A stretch of 64,000 nt of DNA. Origin: Patescibacteria group bacterium. GTDB taxonomy: Bacteria > Patescibacteriota > Microgenomatia > UBA1400 > Chisholmbacteraceae. This document shows, in pieces, positions 39,413 through 49,752 of this stretch. The stretch lies in the NCBI GenBank assembly GCA_022564195.1, contig JADFLW010000003.1, positions 12,747 through 76,746 of the forward strand, read 5' to 3'. A model generated the notes under the pieces. That model was not told the DNA's origin and ran no database searches. It was given only the letters and a program-made list of their open reading frames with translations. Position 1 is the stretch's first letter, and each line of letters starts with the position of its first letter. A program made the position numbers and the translations under genes.

Positions 39413-40552
39413 ATGGATAGCAATACACGACGCAAGAAACTGCTTATTACCGGAGGGCACCTCACGCCCGCCATTGCCGTGATCCAGCGGCTTAAGAACC
39501 ATGAGTGGGAAGTGATCTTTATGGGGCGCAAAGTCGCGCAAGAAGGAACCAGCGATCCAGCAAGAGAAATGCAGGAAATTCCAAAGCTTGGGGTCAAGAT
39601 CATTACAATACCGGCCGGAAAACTTCCTCGGCACCTCAGCCTTCGCTCTATGCTTGCCGTTCTTCGCTTCCCCGCTGGTCTCCTTGCGGCTTTCTGGCAC
39701 ATCATGCGTTTACGCCCTGACGTGATCCTCTCATTTGGCGGATATGTCGCCCTGCCAACGGCACTGGCCGGGAAAGTGCTAGGCATCCCAATTGTCACCC
39801 ACGAACAGACGCTGACCAAGGGCCTTGCAAATGCAATCATTGAACGATTCGCAGATGCCGTTGCTGTTTCTTGGAAAGAAACGAAGACCATTTTCAAAGG
39901 AAATGTGGTAGTAACCGGCAATCCGCTGCGAGAAGAGATTGTCCGCTCAGATGGATGGAAAGTGCCAATCCAAAACACGAACATTCCGCTGCTGTATATC
40001 ACTGGAGGAAATCAAGGAGCACATCGAATAAATATGGTAGTCAAAAAGGCGCTGCCGCAACTTTTGAAAAAGTATGCCATCGTGCATCAATGCGGATCGG
40101 CCAGAGAAAAAAGTGATTACACGATGCTCCTTCAAACGAGAGCATCTCTACCAGACGAACTGAAAAACCGCTATGTCATACGCGATTGGTTCCAAGAGTC
40201 GGAGGTGGCCTGGCTCTTAAGAAATGCGGATCTGATTATCTCTCGTTCAGGAGCAAACACGATAACGGAAATCGCATACACGGGCGCGACAGCCCTATTC
40301 ATTCCTCTGCCCATTGCAGGAAGAAATGAGCAGCTTGCCAACGCAGAGTTTATAAAGGCCGCGGGCACGGCCGAGATTTTACTCCAAAGTAAGCTTTCGC
40401 CAGTCACGCTGAGGAAAAAAATTCGGCAGATGCTTAAGGACCTTACCAACTACAAAAGAAATGCAGCAAAAGCCCGCGCCTTGGTGGTTCCCAACGCCGC
40501 CAGAAAGGTCATCAAGCTAGTTGATCAAGTGTATGAGAAAGCGAAGAAGTAA
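39413..40552 (+). CDS. murG: Undecaprenyldiphospho-muramoylpentapeptide beta-N-acetylglucosaminyltransferase
   Basis: LLITGGHLTPAIAV, SRSGANTITEIAYTG, NEQLANAEF. ATG 39413 preferred to the track start 39251. Confidence 0.9.
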   Translation: MDSNTRRKKLLITGGHLTPAIAVIQRLKNHEWEVIFMGRKVAQEGTSDPAREMQEIPKLGVKIITIPAGKLPRHLSLRSMLAVLRFPAGLLAAFWHIMRLRPDVILSFGGYVALPTALAGKVLGIPIVTHEQTLTKGLANAIIERFADAVAVSWKETKTIFKGNVVVTGNPLREEIVRSDGWKVPIQNTNIPLLYITGGNQGAHRINMVVKKALPQLLKKYAIVHQCGSAREKSDYTMLLQTRASLPDELKNRYVIRDWFQESEVAWLLRNADLIISRSGANTITEIAYTGATALFIPLPIAGRNEQLANAEFIKAAGTAEILLQSKLSPVTLRKKIRQMLKDLTNYKRNAAKARALVVPNAARKVIKLVDQVYEKAKK

Positions 40553-41303
40553 GAGACGAGAGGGAAGGGTCTTTCAAGCTTCGTCCATGAGATACCTTGT
40601 GGTGACCAAAAAGCATCTTGCTTGGGTTCTCGGGGCTGGAGTTGCAACAACACTGGTTGGGTGGCTGCTGTTTGCGGGGTTCACCATCAAGACAATAGCC
40701 TGCCAGAAAGATGAGGGAGAGTGCAATGAGCAAGTGGAAGCAGAGCTTAAGCAGTTGATGGGAAGCTCGCTCTTGACATTCCGAAGCGAAAGGCTGGTCG
40801 TGAAGCTAACAAGCGCAGATCCGGCGATTGAAAAAATAGAGGTGACGACCAGATTTCCAAATCAACTTCTCGTTCATATTCGCTCTCGTCAACCAGAAGT
40901 AATGTTAAAAACGACACAGTCTTCAAAAGCGCTCATCGCCGACGCACAAGGGATGGTGTATAAAGTGGCAGACCCGGAAGACGGATGGTTGCCGCTGATC
41001 GTTTCTGATGCTCTTGCAGGCGAAACAATCGGAAAAAAGATTACCGATCCACCCCTCCTTGCCGCGATAAAGCTTGCAACAACCCTCAAAGAGCACTTCA
41101 TAGCGTTTCGCGAGATCAGAATCCAAAACGCAAGTTTGCTCGTTTCTGTGACTAAACAAACAGTGGCGGTGTTTTCACACGAGAGAGACATCGAAAAACA
41201 GGTTAGCTCTTTACAATTAATTCTTTCCCAAGTTACAATAGGCTCGGAGCCGATAACTATTGATGTGAGGTTTAAAAAGCCCGTGCTGCGAATTATTGAG
41301 TAA
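40521..41303 (+). CDS. ftsQ: FtsQ/DivIB-like cell division protein
   Basis: Basic N-terminus, one TM (VLGAGVATTLVGWLLFAGF), POTRA-like segment, position before ftsA. The start is uncertain (40521, 40533 or 40587). Confidence 0.55.
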   Translation: MIKCMRKRRSKRREGRVFQASSMRYLVVTKKHLAWVLGAGVATTLVGWLLFAGFTIKTIACQKDEGECNEQVEAELKQLMGSSLLTFRSERLVVKLTSADPAIEKIEVTTRFPNQLLVHIRSRQPEVMLKTTQSSKALIADAQGMVYKVADPEDGWLPLIVSDALAGETIGKKITDPPLLAAIKLATTLKEHFIAFREIRIQNASLLVSVTKQTVAVFSHERDIEKQVSSLQLILSQVTIGSEPITIDVRFKKPVLRIIE

Positions 41304-41360
41304 GGAGGGAACGAAGGCGCAGGATCAGGCGCATAGTAGACAGCGACGAACGGATACGAT

Positions 41361-42653
41361 ATGCAGAAAGGTAAAATGATAGCTTCAATAGATGTCGGAA
41401 CGGATAAGATCACGACAATCATTGCTTCCGAAAATCCCGAGACAAAAAAGATAAACGTCATGGGTGTTGCCGCCACTGGCTCGAAAGGAGTCCGAAAAGG
41501 ACAGATCGTCGATATCGATGAGGCAACAGATGCAATAACAGAAAGCGTCGAAGCAGCAGAGAGGATGGCCGGGTACAGTATCACTCAAGCGGTGGTCTCT
41601 ATTGGGGGTGCCCACCTTTCTTCCCAGAATTCCAAAGGAGTGGTTGCAGTGGCGGAACCCGAAGGCGAAATCACCAGTGAGGATGTGGAGCGAGTGATCG
41701 AGGCCGCCCGCGCGGTATCACTCCCATCGGCAAGAGAAATTATTCATGTGATACCGAAAAACTTTACCGTCGATTCTCAAGATGGGATCAAGGATCCGGT
41801 GGGCATGAGTGGAGTGCGATTGGAAGCCGAGGCGCACCTGGTTACCGGCTCTTCCACGGCGATTCGCAATCTCACAAAATGCGTGAATGAGATAGGAGCC
41901 GATGTGACGAGCATGGTATTCACGGGTCTGGCTGCCGCAGAATCAATCCTTACTGAGACGGAGAAAGAACTTGGAGTCGTACTCGTGGATATCGGGGCAG
42001 GAACAACCTCAATCGTGGTCTACATCGAGGGCAATCTTTCCTATTCCTCTGTTCTGCCGATTGGGGCCCGAAATATCACGAATGACTTGGCGATCGGAAT
42101 GCGGATAAGCTCCGAGAGTGCAGAGACTATCAAACGCCATCTTTCAAAAGCCAAGAAATCACGGGGGAACACTGCTCAGGAAAAGATGGAAAAAAAGGGA
42201 GAGGAGCTTGATCTTGGCAAGCTCAATTTAAAAGAGGAACTGAAAACAGCCTCCCGCAAGACGTTAGTAGAAGGCATCATCAAGCCAAGGCTCCATGAGA
42301 TCTTCACCATGATAGGAATTGAACTGAAAAAATCCGAGACAGCTGGCCAAACACCTGCCGGGTTAGTTGTCACCGGGGGAGGAGCGGAAACAATAGGAGT
42401 GAACCAAGCCGCCAAACGAACGCTTTCCATGCCGACACGTATTGGTATTCCAAAAGGACTTTCTGGTCTGATTGAGGAAATTCAATCTCCGGCATATGCT
42501 GTTTCCAGCGGTCTTGTGCTCTACGCTGCCAGGAAAGTACCCACAACCCGCGGAGCATTCGGTATGACCACCCTCACTGGAGTAATGGGACGGCTTCCTG
42601 GAAAAGGATTGGCAGTGAAAATCACCGACTTCATCAAGTCTTTCTTGCCCTGA
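41361..42653 (+). CDS. ftsA: Cell division protein FtsA
   Basis: Actin-fold motifs ASIDVGTDKITTII and VLVDIGAGTTSIVVY. Confidence 0.9.
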   Translation: MQKGKMIASIDVGTDKITTIIASENPETKKINVMGVAATGSKGVRKGQIVDIDEATDAITESVEAAERMAGYSITQAVVSIGGAHLSSQNSKGVVAVAEPEGEITSEDVERVIEAARAVSLPSAREIIHVIPKNFTVDSQDGIKDPVGMSGVRLEAEAHLVTGSSTAIRNLTKCVNEIGADVTSMVFTGLAAAESILTETEKELGVVLVDIGAGTTSIVVYIEGNLSYSSVLPIGARNITNDLAIGMRISSESAETIKRHLSKAKKSRGNTAQEKMEKKGEELDLGKLNLKEELKTASRKTLVEGIIKPRLHEIFTMIGIELKKSETAGQTPAGLVVTGGGAETIGVNQAAKRTLSMPTRIGIPKGLSGLIEEIQSPAYAVSSGLVLYAARKVPTTRGAFGMTTLTGVMGRLPGKGLAVKITDFIKSFLP

Positions 42654-42730
42654 ACCTCAGCCATAGATCTGTTCCCATACCTTGAAAAAAACAACAAATA
42701 GTGTATAGTGTGAGCCACTTCAAGAAACAT

Positions 42731-43858
42731 ATGGGACTTGTCAAGCCTGATCTGAATACATTTGCAAAGATAAAAGTTCTCGGTATCGGTGGCGGCGGCA
42801 GCAACGCGATAAACTCCATGATCAAAAGCCAGCAAATCCAAGGCGTTGAATTCGTTGCCATCAACACCGACGCGCAGGCGCTTCTAACCTGTCATGCTGA
42901 AGAAAAAATCCAAATCGGAGAAAATATCACGAAGGGATTAGGTTCAGGCGCTGATCCCGAAATTGGTCGTCAAGCAACGGAAGAATCCAAGGAGAAGCTG
43001 AAAAACTTTTTAGTGGACACGGATATGGTCTTCCTCACCTGTGGCATGGGCGGAGGGACCGGAACCGGCGGATCACCGATCATTGCCGAAGTTGCGAAAG
43101 AGTCCGGCGCCTTAACTGTGGCAGTGGTCACAAAACCGTTCGGATTTGAAGGAACGCGCAGAATGGTCGTGGCTGATGAAGGAATTGAGAATCTGAAAGA
43201 AAAGGTGGACACATTGATTGTGATTCCCAACGAACGAATACTGGATGTGGTTGATAAGAAAATGACGCTTCTTGAGGCATTCAGAGTTGCAGACTCGGTA
43301 CTGGGAGAGGGGGTTCAGGGAATTTCGGATCTCATTACCACACCGGGCTTGATTAACGTGGACTTTGCTGATGTGCGCTCAATCATGACGGACGCAGGCT
43401 CGGCGCTCATGGGAATAGGCACTGGAGTAGGAGAAAATCGCGCAACAGCGGCGGCAAGAATGGCGGTTGCAAGTCCCCTTCTTGAAGTCTCCATCGATGG
43501 GGCGAGGGGAATCTTGTTCAATATCACTGGTGGACCCGATCTGACGATGAGCGAAGCCAATGAGGCTGCAAAGATCATTTCCGAGTCCGCTGATGCAGAT
43601 GCAAATATCATTTTCGGAGCGACAATTGACGAAGACATGGTGGATCAAGTAAAGATCTCGGTCATTGCCACGGGATTTGATGAGACGAGACAACGATTGC
43701 AGCGCTTCGCCGCTCCAACCGCGCAAAAGCAAGCCGCTCCAGATGAAGATGAAGAAGTGAAAAAGGAAGATGAAGAAGCTCCCCCGAAAGCGGACGGCGA
43801 AATCGATCAGTACGAAGACGAGCTTGACATTCCGGCGTTTCTTCGACAAGGCCGATGA
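42731..43858 (+). CDS. ftsZ: Cell division GTPase FtsZ
   Basis: [25 protein letters not shown], acidic C-terminal tail ending [13 protein letters not shown] 42731 preferred to GTG 42701. Confidence 0.95.
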   Translation: MGLVKPDLNTFAKIKVLGIGGGGSNAINSMIKSQQIQGVEFVAINTDAQALLTCHAEEKIQIGENITKGLGSGADPEIGRQATEESKEKLKNFLVDTDMVFLTCGMGGGTGTGGSPIIAEVAKESGALTVAVVTKPFGFEGTRRMVVADEGIENLKEKVDTLIVIPNERILDVVDKKMTLLEAFRVADSVLGEGVQGISDLITTPGLINVDFADVRSIMTDAGSALMGIGTGVGENRATAAARMAVASPLLEVSIDGARGILFNITGGPDLTMSEANEAAKIISESADADANIIFGATIDEDMVDQVKISVIATGFDETRQRLQRFAAPTAQKQAAPDEDEEVKKEDEEAPPKADGEIDQYEDELDIPAFLRQGR

Positions 43859-43956
43859 AAACTGACCAACAATCTCCGCATTTGCGCCTCATTTGATCCC
43901 TCACGCTCTGCCAGGGTAAAATACTCTCATCTCCAAAAACTGAGATAGTGTTACCG

Positions 43957-46900
43957 ATGATGAAAAACCATACACCCAAACCAGTTGATGCCGTACCAGA
44001 TTTCCCACTACTTGAGAAAAATCTCCTCGACTATTGGCGCAAGTCAGGGATTGTTGACAAGTATCTTCAGCGAAACGACAAATCCAAAAAGTACTTCAGC
44101 TTCATTGATGGCCCGATCACCGCTAACAACCCGATGGGGGTACACCATGGCTGGGGACGGACCTACAAGGATGTCTGGCAGCGGTTCTACAACATGATGG
44201 GCTTCAAACAGCGCTTCCAGAATGGCTTTGATGCCCAAGGCCTCTGGGTAGAAGTCGAAGTGGAAAAGCAGCTTGGGTTCAAAACCAAAAAAGATATCGA
44301 AAAGTATGGCATCGCCAAATTTGTCCAAAAGTGCAAGGACCACGTGATGAAATATTCCCGAATCCAAACCGAGCAATCCAAACGCTTAGGTTACTTCATG
44401 GATTGGGACAACTCCTACTACACTCACTCCGATGAGAACAACTACATGATCTGGCATTTCTTAAAGGAATGCCACAAGAACGGCTGGCTCTATAAAGGAA
44501 AGGATTCCGTTCCCTGGTGTCCCCGCTGCGAAACCGCCATCAGCCAACACGAGATGTTAACCGAGGATTACAAGGAAGTCGTGCATGAGTCGATTTATCT
44601 GGCGTTACCAATTGAGGGGAGAAGGAATGAATATCTTCTGGTGTGGACCACAACCCCTTGGACGATCCCAGCCAATATCGCCGTAGCAGTCGATAAAAAA
44701 CTCGACTACGCGCTGGTGAAAAGCGAGGGAGGAAAGACGTATTGGGTGGCCCACGAGACTGTCAAAAGGGTGTTTTTAAATGTGAAGCATCGGATGGTCA
44801 GAACTGCCAAAGGCAGCCAACTCGTTGGGCTGAAGTACCGAGCTCCTTTTGACGACCTGCCCGCAGTCCAAAAGGTCGCAAGAGAAAATCCGAAGACATT
44901 CCACACCGTGATCCCAACCGACACGCGAATCTTGCAAATCCTGACAACTGAGGGAACAGGGCTTGTGCACACTGCTGTCAGTGCAGGGAGCGAGGACTTC
45001 AAACTCGGAAAAAAACTGGGACTTCCGATGATTCCAGTCATTCAGGATAACGCTGAGTATTTTCCCGAATTTGGTGTGTTATCCGGGAAAAACGCCAAGA
45101 AGCACCCAGAAGTGGTTCTGGACGAGATCAGAGCCTTGGATGAGAAACCAGGGCAGCACTGGGCCTTCAAGATTGAGAATTATTTACACCGGTATCCCAC
45201 CTGCTGGCGCTGCAAAACGGAACTTGTCTGGAAGGTGACCGACGAGTGGTATATAGCAATGGATAAGCCATCGAAGTCAAAAGCCAAAACTCAAAACTCA
45301 AAAGTCAAAACCCTCCGAGAGAGAATGATGGAGGTTACAAAAAAAATCCGCTGGATTCCGACCTTCGGGCTTGATCGAGAGCTTGATTGGCTTGAGAACA
45401 TGCAGGATTGGTTAATCAGCAAAAAGAATCGGTATTGGGGGCTGTGCTTGCCAATCTGGGAGTGTGAAGAGTGCGGCGGCTTTGAGGTTATCGGCTCCAA
45501 AGTGGAGCTCAAAAAACGTGCCGTCGACGGCTGGGATCAATTCCAAGGAAAAAGTCCTCACAAACCGCAAATTGACAAGGTCAAAGTGAAGTGTAAAAAG
45601 TGCGGCGAAACGATTTCACGGATCGAGCCAGTTGGAAGTCCATGGCTGGACGCGGGAATCGTGCCATTTTCGACAATCTCGAAGGATAACAAAAGCGCTC
45701 CCTTGTATAGGGCCCACAGGAGTCAGTGGGAGAAATGGTTTCCCGCGGACTTCATCACCGAGAGCTTCCCCGGGCAGTTCAAGAACTGGTTTTACTCTCT
45801 GATTGCCATGGCGACAGTCTTGGAGAATAAAGAGCCGTTCAAAACTGTGCTCGGCTTTGCAACACTTCTTGGGGAAGACGGTCGCCCGATGCATAAAAGT
45901 TGGGGGAACGCAGTGGAGTTCAATGAAGGGGCGGATCGGATTGGGGTTGACGTCATGCGCTGGATGTATGTCACTCAAAATCCGACCCAGAACCTCCTTT
46001 TCGGTTACCAAACCGCCTCCATGGTGCGTCGACAGTTTCACCTCATTCTCTGGAACTCATACCGATTCGTCGCCAACAACATGGCGGTGGAAAAACCCGA
46101 TCTGAAAAAGAATCCGAGAAAACTCGACGTCCTTGATCGCTGGATTCTTTCGCGCCTCAACAACACAACGGATAAAGTCACGAAAGCACTCCTTGATTAC
46201 AACGCCAATGATGCAGCCAAACACTTGGACGAGTTCGTTCAAGACTTCTCAACCTGGTACATCCGTCGCAGCCGCGAGAAAGTAGGCCCCACAGCCAACA
46301 ATCAGACTTCAAAATTCGCGTTCTATCACACATCAATTGAAGTCTTAACGACACTATCAAAGCTCCTTGCTCCATTCACGCCTTTCATTGCCGATGTAAT
46401 CTTCCGCAATCTCACCGGAGAAACATCCGTTCACCTTGCGGACTGGCCTAGGGCAGATAAAAAAATGATAGATAGAAATCTTGAAGAAAAAATGGAGATC
46501 GCTAGAGAAATTGTTGAAGGACTACATGCACTCCGAAAGAAACACTCACGGAAAGTAAGACAGCCGTTGAGAGCTTGGTCATTTGATGCAAAAGAAAAAA
46601 ATGTTTTCAGAAACTACCCTGGAATACTTGAACTGATAGAACATGAAACAAACGTCAAAGTATTTATTCCAGCTGATGAACGTCTGCTTAATTTGGAAGA
46701 AAGAAAGGATGCCAGAGTTGAGTGGACGAAAGTCTCAAGTAAGTATCTTGGGGAGATTACCATCTATCTAGATTTGAATCTGACAAAAGAGCTAGAGAGA
46801 GAAGGGAACGCAAGGGAACTGATCCGACGCATCCAGAAACAGCGCAAAAAATTGGGAACGAAACTCAATGAAAAAGTGGTCGTAACCGTGCCAACAATAC

Positions 46901-46989
46901 CGAAAGGTTTTGAGGAGGAAATCAAACGAAGAACTCTGACAGGAGAATTGACAGAAGGGAAACCGTTCAAGGTAGTAAAGGCCAATTGA
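43957..46989 (+). CDS. ileS: Isoleucine--tRNA ligase
   Basis: HIGH-like PMGVHHGWGRT, WTTTPWTIPAN, KMSKS-like PMHKSWGN, several CxxC knuckles. ATG 43957 preferred to GTG 43948. Confidence 0.85.
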   Translation: MMKNHTPKPVDAVPDFPLLEKNLLDYWRKSGIVDKYLQRNDKSKKYFSFIDGPITANNPMGVHHGWGRTYKDVWQRFYNMMGFKQRFQNGFDAQGLWVEVEVEKQLGFKTKKDIEKYGIAKFVQKCKDHVMKYSRIQTEQSKRLGYFMDWDNSYYTHSDENNYMIWHFLKECHKNGWLYKGKDSVPWCPRCETAISQHEMLTEDYKEVVHESIYLALPIEGRRNEYLLVWTTTPWTIPANIAVAVDKKLDYALVKSEGGKTYWVAHETVKRVFLNVKHRMVRTAKGSQLVGLKYRAPFDDLPAVQKVARENPKTFHTVIPTDTRILQILTTEGTGLVHTAVSAGSEDFKLGKKLGLPMIPVIQDNAEYFPEFGVLSGKNAKKHPEVVLDEIRALDEKPGQHWAFKIENYLHRYPTCWRCKTELVWKVTDEWYIAMDKPSKSKAKTQNSKVKTLRERMMEVTKKIRWIPTFGLDRELDWLENMQDWLISKKNRYWGLCLPIWECEECGGFEVIGSKVELKKRAVDGWDQFQGKSPHKPQIDKVKVKCKKCGETISRIEPVGSPWLDAGIVPFSTISKDNKSAPLYRAHRSQWEKWFPADFITESFPGQFKNWFYSLIAMATVLENKEPFKTVLGFATLLGEDGRPMHKSWGNAVEFNEGADRIGVDVMRWMYVTQNPTQNLLFGYQTASMVRRQFHLILWNSYRFVANNMAVEKPDLKKNPRKLDVLDRWILSRLNNTTDKVTKALLDYNANDAAKHLDEFVQDFSTWYIRRSREKVGPTANNQTSKFAFYHTSIEVLTTLSKLLAPFTPFIADVIFRNLTGETSVHLADWPRADKKMIDRNLEEKMEIAREIVEGLHALRKKHSRKVRQPLRAWSFDAKEKNVFRNYPGILELIEHETNVKVFIPADERLLNLEERKDARVEWTKVSSKYLGEITIYLDLNLTKELEREGNARELIRRIQKQRKKLGTKLNEKVVVTVPTIPKGFEEEIKRRTLTGELTEGKPFKVVKAN

Positions 46990-46999
46990 GGCCATTTCT

Positions 47000-47041
47000 A
47001 CACATTAAATGTGTCCGAATAAAATTCACATTTAATGTGTA
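47000..47041. promoter_or_regulatory. Two copies of palindrome CACAT-N3-ATGTG upstream of rodA (operator-like)
   Basis: ACACATTAAATGTGT at 47000-47014 and CACATTTAATGTG within 47027-47039, just 5' of the rodA -10 box. Confidence 0.35.
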
Positions 47042-47058
47042 AGTGAACGCTCGAGGTA

Positions 47059-47067
47059 TGTTACAAT
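47059..47067 (+). promoter_or_regulatory. Extended -10 (TGtTACAAT) 9 nt upstream of ATG 47077 (rodA)
   Basis: Read directly. Confidence 0.4.
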
Positions 47068-47076
47068 GGCGCCACG

Positions 47077-48150
47077 ATGCGAAGGCAGTTCTTTGACCCT
47101 TGGATCATTGGATCCATAATTGTTTTGCTTCTGTTTTCGCTCATTGTTTTGCGAAGTGTACTTCCTGGTGAGATTGGTCAACAACTCCTATTTGTCATCT
47201 TAGGAGTCGTAGCCTTTCTTTTCTTGTCTCAAATCGATTATCGCATCCTTAGTGAACTTTCGCGATTCTTCTATGGGGTGGCAGTTGTACTGCTCGTGGC
47301 GACCCTTATCTTCGGTCAGGCAACACGCGGCTCAGTGCGCTGGCTCGAAATTGGACCACTCACCATTCAACCATCAGAGTTCATTAAACCGGTGATGATC
47401 CTCTTTTTGGCGACGTTCGTGCACACGAGAAGCCTTCGGCGAGGACGAAACTTAATGTTGTACGTGCTGTTCACGGCGTTGCCGGTTCTTCTGGTTTTCA
47501 AACAACCCGATCTGGGCAGTGCCCTGGTCCTATCGATCATTGGCCTGTCGATTGCCTTCACGGCAGGGATACCCTTGATGTTATTTGGGCTGGTTCTAGG
47601 GGGGACCACACTCAGCCTGCCACTTATTTTCCAATTTCTTAAACCGTATCAACAGGATCGGCTCCTGGCGTTTATCGACCCATTTGCCGATCCTTTAGGG
47701 AGTGGGTACAACGTCATCCAATCGATGATTGCGGTTGGAGCCGGAAAGCTTTTTGGTCGTGGACTTGGCCATGGAACACAGTCCCAGTTGAGGTTCTTAC
47801 CAGAACGCCACAGCGATTTCATATACGCATCTCTAGCAGAAGAGCTCGGATTCATCGGAGCAGGGCTCGTATTGGCTAGTTACTTCGTACTGCTCTATCG
47901 CTTATTCAGTTCAATCAAAGAGGATTGCGAGCCGCTGGGAAGCCACATCTTAGTAGGCATCCTCAGTATGTTCATGTTTCAGGTGACGGTCAACATCGGA
48001 ATGAATATCGGTCTTTTACCGATAACGGGAATCACTCTGCCCCTCATCTCTTCAGGGGGAAGTTCAATGCTGGCGACCATGATAAGTCTTGGAATTGCAC
48101 AGTCCGTTGTTGGCCGCAACAAGTCTCGCCAGACAATTGAAATACGATGA
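47077..48150 (+). CDS. rodA: SEDS-family protein RodA
   Basis: Second SEDS paralogue with QPSEFIKP, QPDLGSA and PLISSGGSS. Confidence 0.85.
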   Translation: MRRQFFDPWIIGSIIVLLLFSLIVLRSVLPGEIGQQLLFVILGVVAFLFLSQIDYRILSELSRFFYGVAVVLLVATLIFGQATRGSVRWLEIGPLTIQPSEFIKPVMILFLATFVHTRSLRRGRNLMLYVLFTALPVLLVFKQPDLGSALVLSIIGLSIAFTAGIPLMLFGLVLGGTTLSLPLIFQFLKPYQQDRLLAFIDPFADPLGSGYNVIQSMIAVGAGKLFGRGLGHGTQSQLRFLPERHSDFIYASLAEELGFIGAGLVLASYFVLLYRLFSSIKEDCEPLGSHILVGILSMFMFQVTVNIGMNIGLLPITGITLPLISSGGSSMLATMISLGIAQSVVGRNKSRQTIEIR

Positions 48151-48165
48151 TTTCCCAGGTATAAT
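48137..48165 (+). promoter_or_regulatory. Sigma70-type promoter TTGAAA-17 nt-TATAAT upstream of rplU
   Basis: -35 at 48137-48142, 17-nt spacer, -10 at 48160-48165. Confidence 0.55.
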
Positions 48166-48230
48166 CACTTCTCTAGAAGACAGGAAGAGAAAAATCAGCC
48201 CTATACGCTAGACGCTATACCCTAAACGCT

Positions 48231-48578
48231 ATGCAATACGCCATTATTCAAACAGGGAGCAAGCAGTACAGAGTGAAAGCTGGCGATGAAATTATTGTCG
48301 AGAAGATTCAAGGAGCAGAGGGTGATAAAGTAACCTTCGACAACGTTTTGCTGGTTGCCGACCCAGGTAAGGCGACAATTGGGCAGCCGCACCTTATACA
48401 CTTTGCGGTTACCGGTAAAATTGTTGCCCAGACCAAGAGCAAAAAGATTCGGGTAGCAACCTATAAAGCGAAATCTCGTTACAGAAAGGTCAAGGGCCAC
48501 CGCCAACAGGTAACCAGGGTAGCTATAGAGGCAATCTCCAAAAAGGGAAGAATCGCGAAGAAACCTTCGAAAAGATGA
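48231..48578 (+). CDS. rplU: 50S ribosomal protein L21
   Basis: MQYAIIQTGSKQYRVKAGDEIIVEKI. Confidence 0.95.
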   Translation: MQYAIIQTGSKQYRVKAGDEIIVEKIQGAEGDKVTFDNVLLVADPGKATIGQPHLIHFAVTGKIVAQTKSKKIRVATYKAKSRYRKVKGHRQQVTRVAIEAISKKGRIAKKPSKR

Positions 48579-49750
48579 ACCGCTACCTGGTAGTTTTAGG
48601 AAGAAAAACCACTCTTGCTTTTGCAGAGCTCCAGACCGTACTGAGAAGAAACGAAAAAGCTGCAAGCCGAATATCCATAACGCCGGTTCACCACACCGCA
48701 ATCGTGGAGTCTGAGTCCGAACTTGATTGCAAGGCATTGATGGCCATTCTCGGTGGGACAATCAAAATAGCAGTGTTAGGGAAAAGAGCAACATCGAAAA
48801 ACTTTCCCGATAGACTAGTAACAATCCTCCGAAATGAAAGTATTGGAAAAGCACGCTTGAGGTTCGGTATCAGCCTTGTAGGAAGCCGAGGAGCAAATCA
48901 ACGATTTCTCCTCCCAAAAATCCTCAAAGCTCGCCTGTCACACGAGAAGATTGAGACAAGATTCATTCTACCGAGAAGATCAAATGAATTATCAAGCAGC
49001 CAAGTAAAACTCGTGGATCTCACTGAGCTTTATGTGGTGTGGTCAGGGACCGATATTGAAATAGGCAAAACCGTTGCACTACAAGATTTTGAAGGATTTG
49101 CAAATCGTGACTACAAGCGCCCGTATGCGGATCCCAAGACGGGAATGTTGCCTCCGAAAGTGGCAAGAATGATGGTGAATCTGGCTTTCCCTCAAAAAAT
49201 ACGGCCCACAATGTGGCTCCTGGATCCGTTTTGCGGCACAGGCACGATTGCCATGGAAGCCCTGATGCTAGGCATGAACACAGTAAGCAGCGATCATTCT
49301 CACAAGAAAGTGGCAGGAACCCGGGCAAATCTTACCTGGCTCTGCAAGGAAGAAAAATGGAAAACCAAATGGCGAGTTATGCAGGGTGATGCGACGAAAG
49401 TATCCCAAATGATCGAAATCAAGGTTGACGCAATCGTTACCGAGCCTTTCTTGGGATCGCCGAGGTTTACTGCCCAAAAAGTTCCGGACATCATCAAGGG
49501 ATTAAACAAGCTCTATCTGGGAGCGCTGAAAGATTGGCGGAAATGTTTACGGAAAAATGGAAGGGTCGTGATGGTCATCCCGGAAATACGCGTTGGGAAT
49601 CTCGTGAAAAGGGCAGATCTCGTCATTGACAGGTGTGAAAACCTCGGATATACTCTCGTCGCCGGTCCCTTTGAATATGACCGCCCGCAAGCACGGGTGA
49701 GAAGGCAAATCATCGTCTTTGAAAAACAAATAGCAAGGAAAGTGGAATAA
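48575..49750 (+). CDS. SAM-dependent methyltransferase, UPF0020/Trm11-Trm14-RlmL-like (probable RNA m2G/m6A class)
   Basis: [17 protein letters not shown] loop and a VTEPFLG variant of the (D/N)PP(Y/F) box. Confidence 0.6.
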   Translation: MNRYLVVLGRKTTLAFAELQTVLRRNEKAASRISITPVHHTAIVESESELDCKALMAILGGTIKIAVLGKRATSKNFPDRLVTILRNESIGKARLRFGISLVGSRGANQRFLLPKILKARLSHEKIETRFILPRRSNELSSSQVKLVDLTELYVVWSGTDIEIGKTVALQDFEGFANRDYKRPYADPKTGMLPPKVARMMVNLAFPQKIRPTMWLLDPFCGTGTIAMEALMLGMNTVSSDHSHKKVAGTRANLTWLCKEEKWKTKWRVMQGDATKVSQMIEIKVDAIVTEPFLGSPRFTAQKVPDIIKGLNKLYLGALKDWRKCLRKNGRVVMVIPEIRVGNLVKRADLVIDRCENLGYTLVAGPFEYDRPQARVRRQIIVFEKQIARKVE

Positions 49751-49752
49751 AG

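Noticed and set aside
39274-40002. Long antisense ORFs in the host part: 242 aa at 39274-40002, 231 aa at 40889-41584, 214 aa at 1569-2213, 177 aa at 11125-11658 and 173 aa at 31620-32141.
   Set aside because: They lie opposite well-supported housekeeping genes and have no motifs.
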